This document shows positions 1 to 10,546 of a stretch of 64,000 nucleotides of DNA, in pieces. The translations under genes and the position numbers were made by a program. The DNA is taken from positions 576,589-640,588 of the forward strand of contig JBAZXP010000001.1 of the NCBI GenBank assembly GCA_041659805.1, in the 5' to 3' direction. How positions within the stretch are numbered: the first letter of the stretch is position 1; each line of letters starts with the position of its first letter. The notes below the pieces were generated by a model. That model ran no database searches. It was not told the origin of the DNA and worked only from the letters and a program-made list of their open reading frames with translations. This DNA comes from Microgenomates group bacterium. GTDB lineage: Bacteria; Patescibacteriota; Microgenomatia; Daviesbacterales; UBA10151.

Positions 1-262
1 TGGAATAGCCCCGATTGAAGCGATGAGCGCTAAATGTATACCGATACTATTTGATGGTGGGGGATTGCGCGAAACGATTTATAAAGCAGGGTTTAACGAA
101 AGGAATCTTTTTAAATCAATAAATGAACTTGTAGAAAATACAATCTATCATATCGATCATGCCGGTGAGTTAGACTGGACAGGCATTTTTTCAAGAATCG
201 ATTCAGAATTTTCCCTAGATGCTTTTCGTAAGAAGTTTCTAAGTATTTTACAAGAAAAGTAG
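1..262 (+). CDS. Glycosyltransferase family 4 (GT-B), C-terminal fragment; 5' end is outside the window
   Basis: The frame is open from the window edge and reads GIAPIEAMSAKCIPILFDGGGLRETI, the GT4 Gx(4)EAM...GG..E motif. Confidence 0.8.
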   Translation, partial: GIAPIEAMSAKCIPILFDGGGLRETIYKAGFNERNLFKSINELVENTIYHIDHAGELDWTGIFSRIDSEFSLDAFRKKFLSILQEK

Positions 263-266
263 AGTA

Positions 267-1985
267 TTATTGGATTCGGTACATTTGATCGCCAATTTGT
301 TTTATGTTTTTCTCATTCTCAAATTTTTGTAAAAAAGAAGGAAATTCTTTAAGCACTTCTCTTGGGAATTGCTCAGTATTAAATTTAACTACGTCCGCTT
401 TAGATTTTTTGAGCTCTTTCATAAATATATCTGAATTATTGTCGATAATTGCCCGATATAAAACGTTTGAGAGAGCATACAGATGTGGCATGTCATAGCT
501 GCTGTAGCCATTTACCAAGTAGCATTGATGGTATGTAGAAGCTAGCTGAACCTTACTAATATAGTTTAAACCCGTAATGATATCAGGATAGGCGTTTAAG
601 TGAGTAACAGGAATCTCCAGTAGAACTAATTTCTTTGGTAAGCATAAATTTTTAAGAGTGAATTGATTACTATCAATATATTTTTCTGAATGAGTAGTTA
701 TATTGGTTGGTAAGTATTCAAGGAAGAAAAGAAGAAGCAATATTGCTGAAAGTAAGCGTATGTTTATTTTCATTTGTAGTCTTTTAATTGTTTGGAGAGC
801 AAAATATACGACTGCGATAATGAATAGGAAATACCAACGCGAAGGAGCTCTTACTTCTTCCTGAACCAAAGGCACTATTTTTAGGATTAAGTTGTATGGA
901 GTCGGAATATATGCGTAAGCACCGTTAAAATTTATTCTGGGTCCAAGAGAACTTAAAAAACCCACAATTAAAAGAATCAAAAAAAATAATTGTTCATTAT
1001 TTATGTCAAGTTTAAAAACTAATTTATTTTGGATTTTCTTTACTTCAAAGAGACTAAATATGAAAAGTGTAAAAAGAAGTAACCCCGGAAAAGATGCCTG
1101 TCCACCCATTGTATTTTTATTAAAGTTGTTCCATTTTTCCGCTAGTAATGACTGATGTAATATTGAGTCGATATGCGATGTGAATAAGTAATCGCTCAGA
1201 TGCGCAGAATATGTCACATTCTCTTTGAGTTCATGGCTGATGTTGTATAATTTTTTAGTATCAATAAAATTCTTAATAAAGTATCCATCCAACAGAACAA
1301 AAACAATCAGGATAATGCTTAGATTACGTATTAGGTGTATTCTTTTATCTTTTGTTCTGAGAATTTCAATAGAATAAAAAAGTATAATTATGAGCATTAG
1401 GAAAAATGAAAGATAAGCAGCTGCGAGGAATTGAATTGCTAAAAATATCCCCGCAAAAACCAAATTTCTTCGTTCTGTGTTCGTGCGGGATTTTAAAATA
1501 AAATATAAAGAAAAAAAGAATGGCCAAAAAGAAAGCATTGGAAAGTGGCTTATTTCAAGATGCGTAAATGGAGAAAAAATCGTAAATAAACTTCCAAAGA
1601 ATGCCAAGAAGTTCTTTTTAAAAATTTGTCTCCAAAAAAGAAATGTCGCAAAATAATTTAAAATAAAAGTAATAAAAAAAACAATATTAAAGGAGAGAAT
1701 AACGTTATGAGTGAGTAGATAGAAAGGTGTTTCTATAATTGCTTGGGGTAATAATAAATCAGAAAATAACAGAGAGTTCTTATACGGATAGAAAGCATTT
1801 GTATCAAAGTAACCATTAAAGTTTAAAGTAGTGAGTTTGGAAACATTTTGAAAAATCATCCAATCTATCGTTGGGTAGTCTCTCCAATCCATTAGGTTTG
1901 TAGACATATTAAAAAATAAAGATCGAAAGACAAAGATTAAGATTATGAGATAGAGAACAAAGAATAGAATGAAAGACTTTTTCAT
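267..1985 (-). CDS. Multi-pass membrane protein, probable GT-C fold glycosyltransferase (YfhO/ArnT-like)
   Basis: About 11-13 hydrophobic segments. N-terminal external loop (DWRD...FDTNAFYPYKNSLLFSD), then LSSLGP, RAPSRW and a C-terminal LVNGYS soluble domain. Start placed at ATG 1985, which has a -10 box 8 nt upstream; the ORF track starts at GTG 2003. Confidence 0.65.
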   Translation of the reverse strand: MKKSFILFFVLYLIILIFVFRSLFFNMSTNLMDWRDYPTIDWMIFQNVSKLTTLNFNGYFDTNAFYPYKNSLLFSDLLLPQAIIETPFYLLTHNVILSFNIVFFITFILNYFATFLFWRQIFKKNFLAFFGSLFTIFSPFTHLEISHFPMLSFWPFFFSLYFILKSRTNTERRNLVFAGIFLAIQFLAAAYLSFFLMLIIILFYSIEILRTKDKRIHLIRNLSIILIVFVLLDGYFIKNFIDTKKLYNISHELKENVTYSAHLSDYLFTSHIDSILHQSLLAEKWNNFNKNTMGGQASFPGLLLFTLFIFSLFEVKKIQNKLVFKLDINNEQLFFLILLIVGFLSSLGPRINFNGAYAYIPTPYNLILKIVPLVQEEVRAPSRWYFLFIIAVVYFALQTIKRLQMKINIRLLSAILLLLFFLEYLPTNITTHSEKYIDSNQFTLKNLCLPKKLVLLEIPVTHLNAYPDIITGLNYISKVQLASTYHQCYLVNGYSSYDMPHLYALSNVLYRAIIDNNSDIFMKELKKSKADVVKFNTEQFPREVLKEFPSFLQKFENEKNIKQIGDQMYRIQ

Positions 1986-2035
1986 CAATTGCAAATATAT
2001 CACACAACTTTGCTTAATAATACTGAGAAACTATG

Positions 2036-2647
2036 TTATTTTTCTAACAATATTAAAACGTGCATTTTTCTTCCGAACAATAAATTGAAAGGAAAAATAT
2101 AAAGTGGCAAATTGTTTTGCCATTTAAGGATATTTAGTTTATTTAACTTGAATAGCTCTTTCCACTCTTTATCTCGCTGGTAATTATAAACAAGCTTGAC
2201 TCCATATGGTTTATTACCGACCCAATCCATAACCTTTAATATATAGAATTCAAATTTATTTGAGTATATATGGTCTTTTATTAAGATATATCTTTTAGTA
2301 ACTCTCTGAGCTTCTTTTAATAAGACGTTTATATCTGTAGTGTGATGTAGCACATCAACCATCATGCAGAGATCGAATGAGTTATTTTTATAGGGAATTT
2401 TTTTGCCGTTAAAATATTTACATGGAATTAGGCATTTATTCCGTTTAAATACCTCAAGTCCTTGAATTTCTAAAGTTGAGCGTTTTTTCTGAATGATTGA
2501 ACTTATTAACCCATCACCGCAACCAATATCTAAAACACTTTGAGTGTTTTTAGGAATAATGGCATTAATTTTTTGTTCCAGAATATGGATTCTTTTATTG
2601 TGAATTAATTTGTTATGAAGGAATTGAGGGATGTAATTGGTAAGCAT
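2036..2647 (-). CDS. Class I SAM-dependent methyltransferase (Methyltransf_11-like)
   Basis: VLDIGCGDG motif I, IPYKNNSFD, DVLHH. Confidence 0.85.
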   Translation of the reverse strand: MLTNYIPQFLHNKLIHNKRIHILEQKINAIIPKNTQSVLDIGCGDGLISSIIQKKRSTLEIQGLEVFKRNKCLIPCKYFNGKKIPYKNNSFDLCMMVDVLHHTTDINVLLKEAQRVTKRYILIKDHIYSNKFEFYILKVMDWVGNKPYGVKLVYNYQRDKEWKELFKLNKLNILKWQNNLPLYIFPFNLLFGRKMHVLILLEK

Positions 2648-3804
2648 TAAAATCTTGACTTTCTGGGGAGTAGAATTATTCCCAAGAAAAAGGTATTAAA
2701 AAATACTTGAAAGCCTAATTGAATAAGAAAAGCAGCTGGGATTACCATTCTCATCGTGACACTGTAATCTAATGCTCCGAAACCTTGTTGATACCATCCA
2801 AGAAATGTTTTAGCAACTATGATTAAACCCAGTAATAATGCAACTCCACATATTAACGTGGCTCTGTTTAAATGTTTTTTTATTAAAGTGAAAGCTAGCG
2901 GGTGGGTAGTCGGAATAATATTGTATTGGTGAAGGAAAATCTTTGTAAATAACCCTAAGAAAAGAATTTGAATACCGATTGAAATAAAGGTCGCGGAAAT
3001 TAGTAATGTATGAACATCTAGATTTATTCCGAATATTTCTGCAGGTTTAAATAGTGTTAAGACAAATAAGACTGTTCCGCTTGAGATTAGAAATAAACCC
3101 GGTCCCAGGAATAACCAGTCTGGTGCAAAAAGCAGCATAAAATGCAATGTTTTAAATCCGTCATGCCAGGTTTTTAAATGAGGTTTCCTTTGGCGGCCGT
3201 CTTTGTGTAAGGTGATAGGGGTTTCGGCAATCTTCATGTTTAAAATACTTGCTTTGGCAACCATCTCTATTGCATATTCCATGCCTGTAGTCTGTAGTGC
3301 CATCTTCTTCCACGCCTTTTTGGTAAAAGCACGAAGACCACAATAAAAATCTCCAACAGGTGAGTGAAAGAAAATCCTACCTAAAAGCGATAACATTGGG
3401 TTCCCAAAGAGTTGATGTTGCCATGGCATAGCACCGGGCATAATTTTCCCGGCAAAGCGGTTGCCCATTACTAAATCAAAACCTTGTTGCGTTTTTTCTA
3501 CAAAGGGGGTTATTTCAGAAAAATCGTAACTATCATCGGCGTCACCCATTATGATGTATTCGCCCTTCGCTTGTTCTATACCGTTTTGCAGCGCCGAGCC
3601 ATATCCTTTTTCGGAAACGTGAACAACCCTGGCGCCTTCCTTCTTAGCTATCTGTATTGATTTATCGGTGCTGCCATTGTCAGCTACAATAATCTCATAT
3701 TTTAGTTTAAGGGATCGGAATGATTTATGTATTTTTTTTATACAGGTTGCAAGCGTCCGTTCCTCATTTAAACATGGCATAACGACTGAAAAATCATATT
3801 TCAT
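2647..3804 (-). CDS. GT2 DPM1-like polyprenol-phosphate glycosyltransferase with C-terminal TM helices
   Basis: SVVMPCLNEE, DNGSTD, GYGSAL, MGDADDSYD, VMGNRF, DFYCGLRAF; about 4 C-terminal TM segments. ATG 3804 preferred over TTG 3840. Confidence 0.85.
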   Translation of the reverse strand: MKYDFSVVMPCLNEERTLATCIKKIHKSFRSLKLKYEIIVADNGSTDKSIQIAKKEGARVVHVSEKGYGSALQNGIEQAKGEYIIMGDADDSYDFSEITPFVEKTQQGFDLVMGNRFAGKIMPGAMPWQHQLFGNPMLSLLGRIFFHSPVGDFYCGLRAFTKKAWKKMALQTTGMEYAIEMVAKASILNMKIAETPITLHKDGRQRKPHLKTWHDGFKTLHFMLLFAPDWLFLGPGLFLISSGTVLFVLTLFKPAEIFGINLDVHTLLISATFISIGIQILFLGLFTKIFLHQYNIIPTTHPLAFTLIKKHLNRATLICGVALLLGLIIVAKTFLGWYQQGFGALDYSVTMRMVIPAAFLIQLGFQVFFNTFFLGIILLPRKSRF

Positions 3805-3844
3805 TGATTGAATCTTAGTAGAGAAGTTAAGAAAATTCAATAGA

Positions 3845-4432
3845 TTAATCAGGTAATTTTTTAAGAATTATTAGATTGTTCCAGCCGAATTCAAAATAAG
3901 AATGAAAAACTGCTTGTTTTTTGTTTGTCTTAATTAATTTTAAAATACTTTCTTTATCAAAATAACCTTTATGTTCTTCAAGTTCACGTCGTGATATAAG
4001 ATTGAATTTATAGCAAAGAATTTCCAAAATTTTTTTACTTTTTTTAGAGGGAGTTGTAAAAATTGCCTTACCGTCCTTTTTTAGTACTCTGAAGATATCA
4101 TTCATAATATCTTCAGGATTGTTGAGATGCTCCAAAACTGCAAATCCGGTTAAAATATCGACAGATCCGGAAGGAAGGGGGATGGCGTTTGACATAGGTT
4201 TACGGATTAATCGGACATTCTTAAGCTCGACATCTTGTGCTAATGGATCTATACCAAAATATTGTTTGATTTTTATCTGATTTTTTTGTGCAAATTTATA
4301 AAAACGTATTTTGGGACCACACCCAATGTCCGCTAAAATCAATGGTTTGTTTTTAGGTATTTCAGCGACTCCTTTCATATAGCGAAAATAACGGGCGATA
4401 GGTTCTAACAATGCCTCCTCTGAAATATGCAT
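3845..4432 (-). CDS. Class I SAM-dependent methyltransferase
   Basis: ADIGCG, FAVLEHL, RVLKKDGKAIFTTP. Confidence 0.85.
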   Translation of the reverse strand: MHISEEALLEPIARYFRYMKGVAEIPKNKPLILADIGCGPKIRFYKFAQKNQIKIKQYFGIDPLAQDVELKNVRLIRKPMSNAIPLPSGSVDILTGFAVLEHLNNPEDIMNDIFRVLKKDGKAIFTTPSKKSKKILEILCYKFNLISRRELEEHKGYFDKESILKLIKTNKKQAVFHSYFEFGWNNLIILKKLPD

Positions 4433-4434
4433 GA

Positions 4435-5166
4435 TTAACGTGATAGAAGATTAAACCTTATGATTTCCCAAAGGGCGTTTATACCGTCTTTCCAACCAAT
4501 CTTCTTCCCCTCCTCGTAAGTTCGTCCATAATACGATATGCCGACCTCAAAAATTTTTAGTCTTTTATCTTTTGATATTCTTGCAGTGAGCTCCGGCTCG
4601 ATACCGAACCTTTTACTTACCAGTCTTGGTGCAATGGATCTGATTAAATCTCCTCTGAAAACTTTGTATCCGGTTTCCATGTCAGTAAGGTTAAGGTTCG
4701 TTAACATATTCGAAAAAGAAGTTAAAAAACGATTTACCTGATAATGCCAAAAAAACAAGACACGATGAGGTCTGTTAGAAATGAATCTTGATCCATAGAC
4801 AACGTCGGCACTGTGTTTTATAAATGGTTCCATAAGTAAAGGGTAGTCTTCAGGGTTATATTCCAGATCAGCGTCTTGTACCAAAACTATGTCTCCGGTA
4901 GTAGCTAAAAACCCATCTTTTAAGGCTGCTCCTTTACCGGCATTCTTTTTTTTAAAAATAGTTTTGAAAGAAATATATTTATTTTTTTTCTCGAAAAGCT
5001 CTACTGTTGCCTTGATTTGCTCAACTGATTTATCTTTTGACCCGTCATCGACCAGGATGATTTCTTTATGAAAACCGTTTGCAGAAGAATCAATCACTGC
5101 CTCAACAGTTTTTTGGATGAATCCTTCTTCATTATAAACAGGGATGACTATCGACAATTTATTCAT
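4435..5166 (-). CDS. GT2 DPM1-like glycosyltransferase (polyprenol-phosphate sugar synthase family)
   Basis: SIVIPVYNEE, DDGSKD, GKGAAL, QDADLEY, VYGSRF, DMETGYK, FGIEPE, GRTYEEGKKIGWKDG. Confidence 0.9.
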   Translation of the reverse strand: MNKLSIVIPVYNEEGFIQKTVEAVIDSSANGFHKEIILVDDGSKDKSVEQIKATVELFEKKNKYISFKTIFKKKNAGKGAALKDGFLATTGDIVLVQDADLEYNPEDYPLLMEPFIKHSADVVYGSRFISNRPHRVLFFWHYQVNRFLTSFSNMLTNLNLTDMETGYKVFRGDLIRSIAPRLVSKRFGIEPELTARISKDKRLKIFEVGISYYGRTYEEGKKIGWKDGINALWEIIRFNLLSR

Positions 5167-5226
5167 TCAATGATTGATTATTACACAATGATTATATTTC
5201 TTTCAATTACCTGCTATTATTATGTC

Positions 5227-6861
5227 ATGAAATTTTTAAAAGCACATACCTTTTTTCTATTTTTCTTTTTTATATTTTGCTTACTTCTTTTTAAGGATGT
5301 TTTTTCTGCTCGAACCTTAATTTCAAATATGGAACCTTTCCCGGATAGTATTCATTATGTTAATGCTGTTAGAAGTTTGTTGAGTGGAGATGGATTATTT
5401 ATTGTTAGAGAAGGAAGGGCTCTGGCTACATCTGTCCCGCCTTTATATTCCTTCTTCTTGGCTCCAGCATATATTTTAAATAATGATCCAAGAATGTTTT
5501 ATTTTATAAACGTTTTGCTTGCTCTAGCATCTTATTTTATTTTCTACCGTTTATTAATCATATTAGTAAATAATTCAATTATTAGAAATTTCATTTTATT
5601 TTTGTATATTACAAATTATTATTTATACTGGTTCCCGAACTTGGCTATGGCGGAAAATTTAATTCTTTTTCTTTTCGTTTCTTTTCTGATGCTTCTTTTA
5701 TCTAAAGCTAGCAGGTTTAATATTTTTATGGCAGGTTTATTAGCTATTTCGTTTTACGCAACCAAATACGCAAGTGTACCGTTAACAGCCTGCGCACTTT
5801 TGGCTTATTTTATTAAACTCATTTATCTTTGGCGGAACGGAAAATTGAAAATTAAGGGTTTCCTTCTTTTCTTTAGTAGTTCTTTTATAGCTTTTATGGC
5901 ATTTTCTCTTAGTGAATATATAACTAAAAATGTTATTCCTTTTAGTTTTTTAATAACTTTTGGTTCTAATTTTAGCAGTCAAACGAGTCAAAGTGCAGAA
6001 CAAGTGAGTGCAGCTCCTCGCTGGTTTTCTCTTGTATATGCTAAAGAAAATATAAGCCATTATTTAAATGTTATAACAGGCGGATCAGAGAGATTTCTGT
6101 GGGATTTTTCACCAATGGCTCCAAGATTTGTCGCTATTAGTGGGTTGTTAGGATTGATCCTCGGGATATTAACGAAAACCCACCGGCTTATTAGTATTAC
6201 ACTTTTAATTATGCTTGTAAGTTCGGTTTTATTTATGTCAACTTTTTATTCTGTCGACATGCGTTATATTTATCAAACTATTCCAACTCTTTTGTTGGGG
6301 TTTGGGATATTTATGCAGATTATTGTTAATAGAATAAAAAAACCTCAATTAAAGATTCTTTTTTATATTGGCCTAGCTTTTTTGATAATCTTTTATTTCA
6401 GTTTAAATGCTTTAAGAATTAAAAATCAAATAATGCTTAACATTAAGCATAGCGAAACTCCGTGGTATTACATGACTGTCCAGGAATTAAACAAATATTT
6501 TACTTCTGATAAAATATTGGTGGGCAAAAAACCAATTGTGATTTCTCCAATACCACCGTATTATATAGACTTTTTTTCAAACGGGAACTATACTCTTATG
6601 CCTTTGTCCCCACAGCAGGAATTTAGAAATTCTAAAGAAACTGTTTACGGACCAAATGACTATTCGGATTTGATTAAACTCTACCAAACTTATATCAAAA
6701 ATGGATATGGAGTATATGTTAATAAATATGGGATTGGTAATGAAAGTTATCTGAATGAAGATTTTCAGAATATAGTAAGTCGGTTTAAATTGATTGAAGT
6801 GGCATCAGGTTGTTTCGATGCATGCAATATTTACAAGGTCGAGTTAAAAACAGGTATTTGA
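5227..6861 (+). CDS. GT-C fold (ArnT/PMT_2-like) membrane glycosyltransferase
   Basis: TM1 followed by an EPFPDSIHY loop and PPLYS, then MAENL, ATKY, DMRY; about 11 TM segments and a C-terminal external domain. ATG 5227 chosen because the track start at 5068 overlaps the opposite-strand gene. Confidence 0.7.
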   Translation: MKFLKAHTFFLFFFFIFCLLLFKDVFSARTLISNMEPFPDSIHYVNAVRSLLSGDGLFIVREGRALATSVPPLYSFFLAPAYILNNDPRMFYFINVLLALASYFIFYRLLIILVNNSIIRNFILFLYITNYYLYWFPNLAMAENLILFLFVSFLMLLLSKASRFNIFMAGLLAISFYATKYASVPLTACALLAYFIKLIYLWRNGKLKIKGFLLFFSSSFIAFMAFSLSEYITKNVIPFSFLITFGSNFSSQTSQSAEQVSAAPRWFSLVYAKENISHYLNVITGGSERFLWDFSPMAPRFVAISGLLGLILGILTKTHRLISITLLIMLVSSVLFMSTFYSVDMRYIYQTIPTLLLGFGIFMQIIVNRIKKPQLKILFYIGLAFLIIFYFSLNALRIKNQIMLNIKHSETPWYYMTVQELNKYFTSDKILVGKKPIVISPIPPYYIDFFSNGNYTLMPLSPQQEFRNSKETVYGPNDYSDLIKLYQTYIKNGYGVYVNKYGIGNESYLNEDFQNIVSRFKLIEVASGCFDACNIYKVELKTGI

Positions 6862-6865
6862 GCTT

Positions 6866-8764
6866 ATGGATAGCGTTGTTGAGGTTTTTAAATTTTTGAC
6901 TGGGACAGTTTTTGCTATTTTAGTAGGAGCTTCTTTAATTGTTAGATTAGAGAAAAAAATATCCGTTAATATTTTATTAATTTCTTTGGTATTAGGGATC
7001 GTATTAATTTCTTTTATTTATTTATTTTTTACTTATTTGAAAATACCATTTTCGGCGATCAATCTCTTTTTGATTCTATTCGTTTTGATAAGAATGTTCA
7101 AATTTAAGCCTCAATTAGAATTGCATCTTCGTAATTTAATTTTACCTGTTATTTTTACTTTCACGGGGACTATTTTGTTGAACAGCAAATTATTTTTTGA
7201 GGGCTTTGATAAAAATGGGGGATTTATGTTGGCTAAAGGAAATGTTGATGCGCTGTGGCATATAGCACTGCAAGAATCATTAAAAATATCTGTGCCCCCT
7301 GTAAACCCTTTGTATTCCGGACAAATTTTATCGGGGTACCATTATTTAAATGATATATATTGGTCTTGGTTTAGTAGGGTTTTTGATATAACAACTATTA
7401 ATCTTTGTATCTTTTGGGCTCCTTTATTTATTTCAATGTTATTTGTTGCAACTACGCTATTGCTTACACTAAAGATATTTGGTGATAAAAGAGTTGCATA
7501 TGTTGCTTCGAGCATTGTAGTTTTTACATCGAGTTTGTCTTTTATAGCTCCGCTATTTTTCTCTAAAGCAGGGTTTCATCAATCTGTTTTTTGGTTGGAT
7601 CAACCGACGTACTATATTTTTAATCAACAATTGACCTTATCGATTGCAATTATAAATATAATTCTATTTTTGTTTATAAGTTCGTACAGGAAATGGTGGT
7701 GGGCGATAGGATTGCTTGTAGGAAGCTTAGCCGGAGTTAAGGTTTATGGATTGCTTATCATTTTCCCTGCTATTTCATTAATAGGTTTTTATCTTTGGTA
7801 TAAAAAGAAAGATTGGAATTATATTGGCTTACTTTTGTTATCGATTTTTATTTCTGTTTTTACAGTTTTTATTGAGGGTTCAAGCTCAGGATTTCCGTTT
7901 TACCTTGATCCAGGATTATTGATTCGGTCAATGTTTACTGATCCTTGGAGATTAAGCTATCCTGACTGGGAGGTTCATAGGCTTATTTTAGTAGAGCGGC
8001 ATGATTGGCTTAGATTAGCTTATCTTTGGGTTAAAGGACTAGCTATTTTTCTAATCGGAAATTTTAATTTAAAAATTTTATCGTTATTTTTTATTCCGAT
8101 TTTATTAAGAAATAAAAAATTATCTAAGGATAATAAAATTATTTTGTTGTTTTCATCAGTAATCATTGTATTAAGTATAAGTTCCGGTCTTTTGTTGGCA
8201 CAAAGAGCTGTTTCTTGGAATGTTGTTCAATTTCTCGTATATGCGCAGTTACCGTTAGTGGTAGTATTGGTATTTTGTGTCACAAAACTTTTGAATTACA
8301 GATACCAAGTTATAGTTTTTATTCTTATCTTTATTGTTGGAGTTCCTTCATCACTTCATCCGTTAAAATTTCATTCAAATATAAATTCATATATTTATTA
8401 TTCACCTGAGTTTATGAATATTTTGCAACAGGTTAGAACACTTCCGCCTAGTGTACAGATTATTGTAGGGGAAAAATATTACCTAAATAGTGTGGCGCCT
8501 GCTTTTGCAGGCCGTGGAGTTTATCTGGCAGATATCAATGTTCTTGATTTATTGCTTCCCTTCAGTGCAAAAGACAGAATCGAATATATTAAACAATTAG
8601 AAAATAGAGAAATCGAATGTCAGCCGAATCAGTATCTCATTTCTGATAAAAATCAAACGATTAGCTTACAAAATCAAAACGAATTTCAATTTGAAATAAT
8701 TTCTGAACGACGTAAGGTCTATCTTTTTAAATGTGAAAAAAGAAGTAGTTTACTGATTGATTGA
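6866..8764 (+). CDS. Multi-pass membrane protein, probable GT-C glycosyltransferase
   Basis: About 13 TM segments; DALWH...PPVNPLYSGQILSGYHY external loop; GVKVY; C-terminal soluble domain (PAFAGRGVYL). Confidence 0.6.
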   Translation: MDSVVEVFKFLTGTVFAILVGASLIVRLEKKISVNILLISLVLGIVLISFIYLFFTYLKIPFSAINLFLILFVLIRMFKFKPQLELHLRNLILPVIFTFTGTILLNSKLFFEGFDKNGGFMLAKGNVDALWHIALQESLKISVPPVNPLYSGQILSGYHYLNDIYWSWFSRVFDITTINLCIFWAPLFISMLFVATTLLLTLKIFGDKRVAYVASSIVVFTSSLSFIAPLFFSKAGFHQSVFWLDQPTYYIFNQQLTLSIAIINIILFLFISSYRKWWWAIGLLVGSLAGVKVYGLLIIFPAISLIGFYLWYKKKDWNYIGLLLLSIFISVFTVFIEGSSSGFPFYLDPGLLIRSMFTDPWRLSYPDWEVHRLILVERHDWLRLAYLWVKGLAIFLIGNFNLKILSLFFIPILLRNKKLSKDNKIILLFSSVIIVLSISSGLLLAQRAVSWNVVQFLVYAQLPLVVVLVFCVTKLLNYRYQVIVFILIFIVGVPSSLHPLKFHSNINSYIYYSPEFMNILQQVRTLPPSVQIIVGEKYYLNSVAPAFAGRGVYLADINVLDLLLPFSAKDRIEYIKQLENREIECQPNQYLISDKNQTISLQNQNEFQFEIISERRKVYLFKCEKRSSLLID

Positions 8765-8788
8765 GTTTATGCTAATCTCTGCTGCAGA

Positions 8789-9568
8789 ATGAGTTTTTTA
8801 TATGATTGGTTTACTCCTAATATCCCTGTTTGGGAAAAGACTTTAAAGGGTTATAAGAATAAAGATAATCTTCTTTTTTTGGAAATCGGATGTTTTGAAG
8901 GGCAGGCAACCTCGTGGCTTTTAAAAAATGTATTGACTCATCCTAGTTCAAAAATAGTGGTAATAGATACTTTTCAAGGCGGTGACGACCAAAAAGATTT
9001 CGGAGTTAAAACTGGTAAGTTATTTGAAAGATTTAAAGAGAATTTAAAGGATTATATTTCTGAAAATCCTAAGATGAATAAAATTATTATTAAAAAAGGT
9101 TTTTCAGGAGAGGTTTTAAGGTTACTATCAGGAGAGTTTGATTTTATTTATGTTGACGGTTCGCATATTGCCAAAGACGTATTGGAAGATATTGTATTGA
9201 GCTGGAATTTATTGAAGGATAACGGAATAATAATTTTTGATGATTATGGATGGGATCGTTACAAGGATGAAACATTGAATCCCACACCCGCAATAAATTC
9301 TTTTTTAAAGGTATATAAGGGTTGGTACAGAATTTTACATTCCGGTTATCAAATAGTAGTGCAAAAAAAAGGCAAAAAAAATTATACGAATAAATCAACT
9401 GGAATTTTATATAAAAAATTGATATTAGCAGATTATTGTTCTAGACAAGAGATTAATGAATACTCTGAATTGATACAATTTAACAAAGTTATCAAAAATT
9501 CGAAATTCTATAAATTTTGGAGGATATATTGTGGTTTAAAAGATTACTTTAAACATAAACAAGATTGA
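8789..9568 (+). CDS. Class I SAM-dependent methyltransferase (Methyltransf_24-like)
   Basis: LEIGCFEG, IDTF, FDFIYVDGSH, LKDNGIIIFDDYGW. Confidence 0.85.
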   Translation: MSFLYDWFTPNIPVWEKTLKGYKNKDNLLFLEIGCFEGQATSWLLKNVLTHPSSKIVVIDTFQGGDDQKDFGVKTGKLFERFKENLKDYISENPKMNKIIIKKGFSGEVLRLLSGEFDFIYVDGSHIAKDVLEDIVLSWNLLKDNGIIIFDDYGWDRYKDETLNPTPAINSFLKVYKGWYRILHSGYQIVVQKKGKKNYTNKSTGILYKKLILADYCSRQEINEYSELIQFNKVIKNSKFYKFWRIYCGLKDYFKHKQD

Positions 9569-9576
9569 TTTATCTT

Positions 9577-10536
9577 ATGAAGAAGCAAACGAAGATTATA
9601 TTATGTGGCTCTATTGCAATAGATCGGATTATGAGCTTTTCAGGAAAATATAAAGATGTTTTAGACCTTGCTGAAAACGATGTGCTTTCAATCAGTGTTT
9701 TTTTATCCAATTTAAAAAATAATTATGGCGGGGTAGGAGCGAATATTGCTTATACGTTGGCTTTATTGGGAGACAAACCGATATTAGTTGGGTCTGTTGG
9801 AAAAGAAGCCTCTCTTTATTTACAGAAACTTTTATCTTTAGGGATAGATATATCAAATATCCACCTAAGTGATCTTGAAACAGCGTCTTTTAATGTAATT
9901 ACAGATGGGATGAATAATCAAATAGGTGGTTTTTACCCTGGCGCGATGTTTGATAGCGATAAACAAACACTCAAAAAATGGAAAGATAAAAATGTATTAG
10001 TGATAATTTCACCTCATGATCCTAAAGCAATGAGACGACAAATAGAAGAATGCTCCAAGTATAAATTTCAGATGTGCTACGACATCGGACAACAGGTATT
10101 AAATACATCTAAGGAGGATCTTATATTCGGTCTTTCAAAAGCGGATATCCTTATTTTAAATGAGTTTGAAATGAAAGCTTTATGTAAAAAAACGAATAAT
10201 TCCCAAGTTTTACTTAAATCAAAAATTCCTTTAGTTATTACTACTTTTGGAGAAAAAGGTTCGGTTATTGAGGGAAAGGATCTGTCTTCAAAAATTAAAA
10301 TTGATTCTATAAAACTTGATGAAATTATTGATCCGACCGGAGCCGGGGACGCATATAGGGGAGGATTTTTTTATGGGTATGCCAGAGGATTTGATTTAAG
10401 AACCTGCGGACAAATGGGAGCTTTGGCTGCCGCCTATGCAATCGGAAAACACGGAACACAGGAACATTCATTTACCAAAGAGGAATATACTAAAAAATAT
10501 GAGTCTTGTTTTGGTGAAAAGTTGTTGTTAATATAG
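9577..10536 (+). CDS. adoK: PfkB-family kinase, probable adenosine kinase
   Basis: [24 protein letters not shown] and the PfkB signature [12 protein letters not shown]. The N-terminus resembles bacterial AdoK, and the gene lies directly upstream of ahcY. Confidence 0.75.
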   Translation: MKKQTKIILCGSIAIDRIMSFSGKYKDVLDLAENDVLSISVFLSNLKNNYGGVGANIAYTLALLGDKPILVGSVGKEASLYLQKLLSLGIDISNIHLSDLETASFNVITDGMNNQIGGFYPGAMFDSDKQTLKKWKDKNVLVIISPHDPKAMRRQIEECSKYKFQMCYDIGQQVLNTSKEDLIFGLSKADILILNEFEMKALCKKTNNSQVLLKSKIPLVITTFGEKGSVIEGKDLSSKIKIDSIKLDEIIDPTGAGDAYRGGFFYGYARGFDLRTCGQMGALAAAYAIGKHGTQEHSFTKEEYTKKYESCFGEKLLLI

Positions 10537-10546
10537 CAAAACGAAT

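Noticed and set aside
5068-5226. N-terminal extension of the 5068-6861 ORF
   Set aside because: It overlaps the divergent GT2 gene. ATG 5227 has a TGcTATTAT box 6 nt upstream and begins directly with the first TM.
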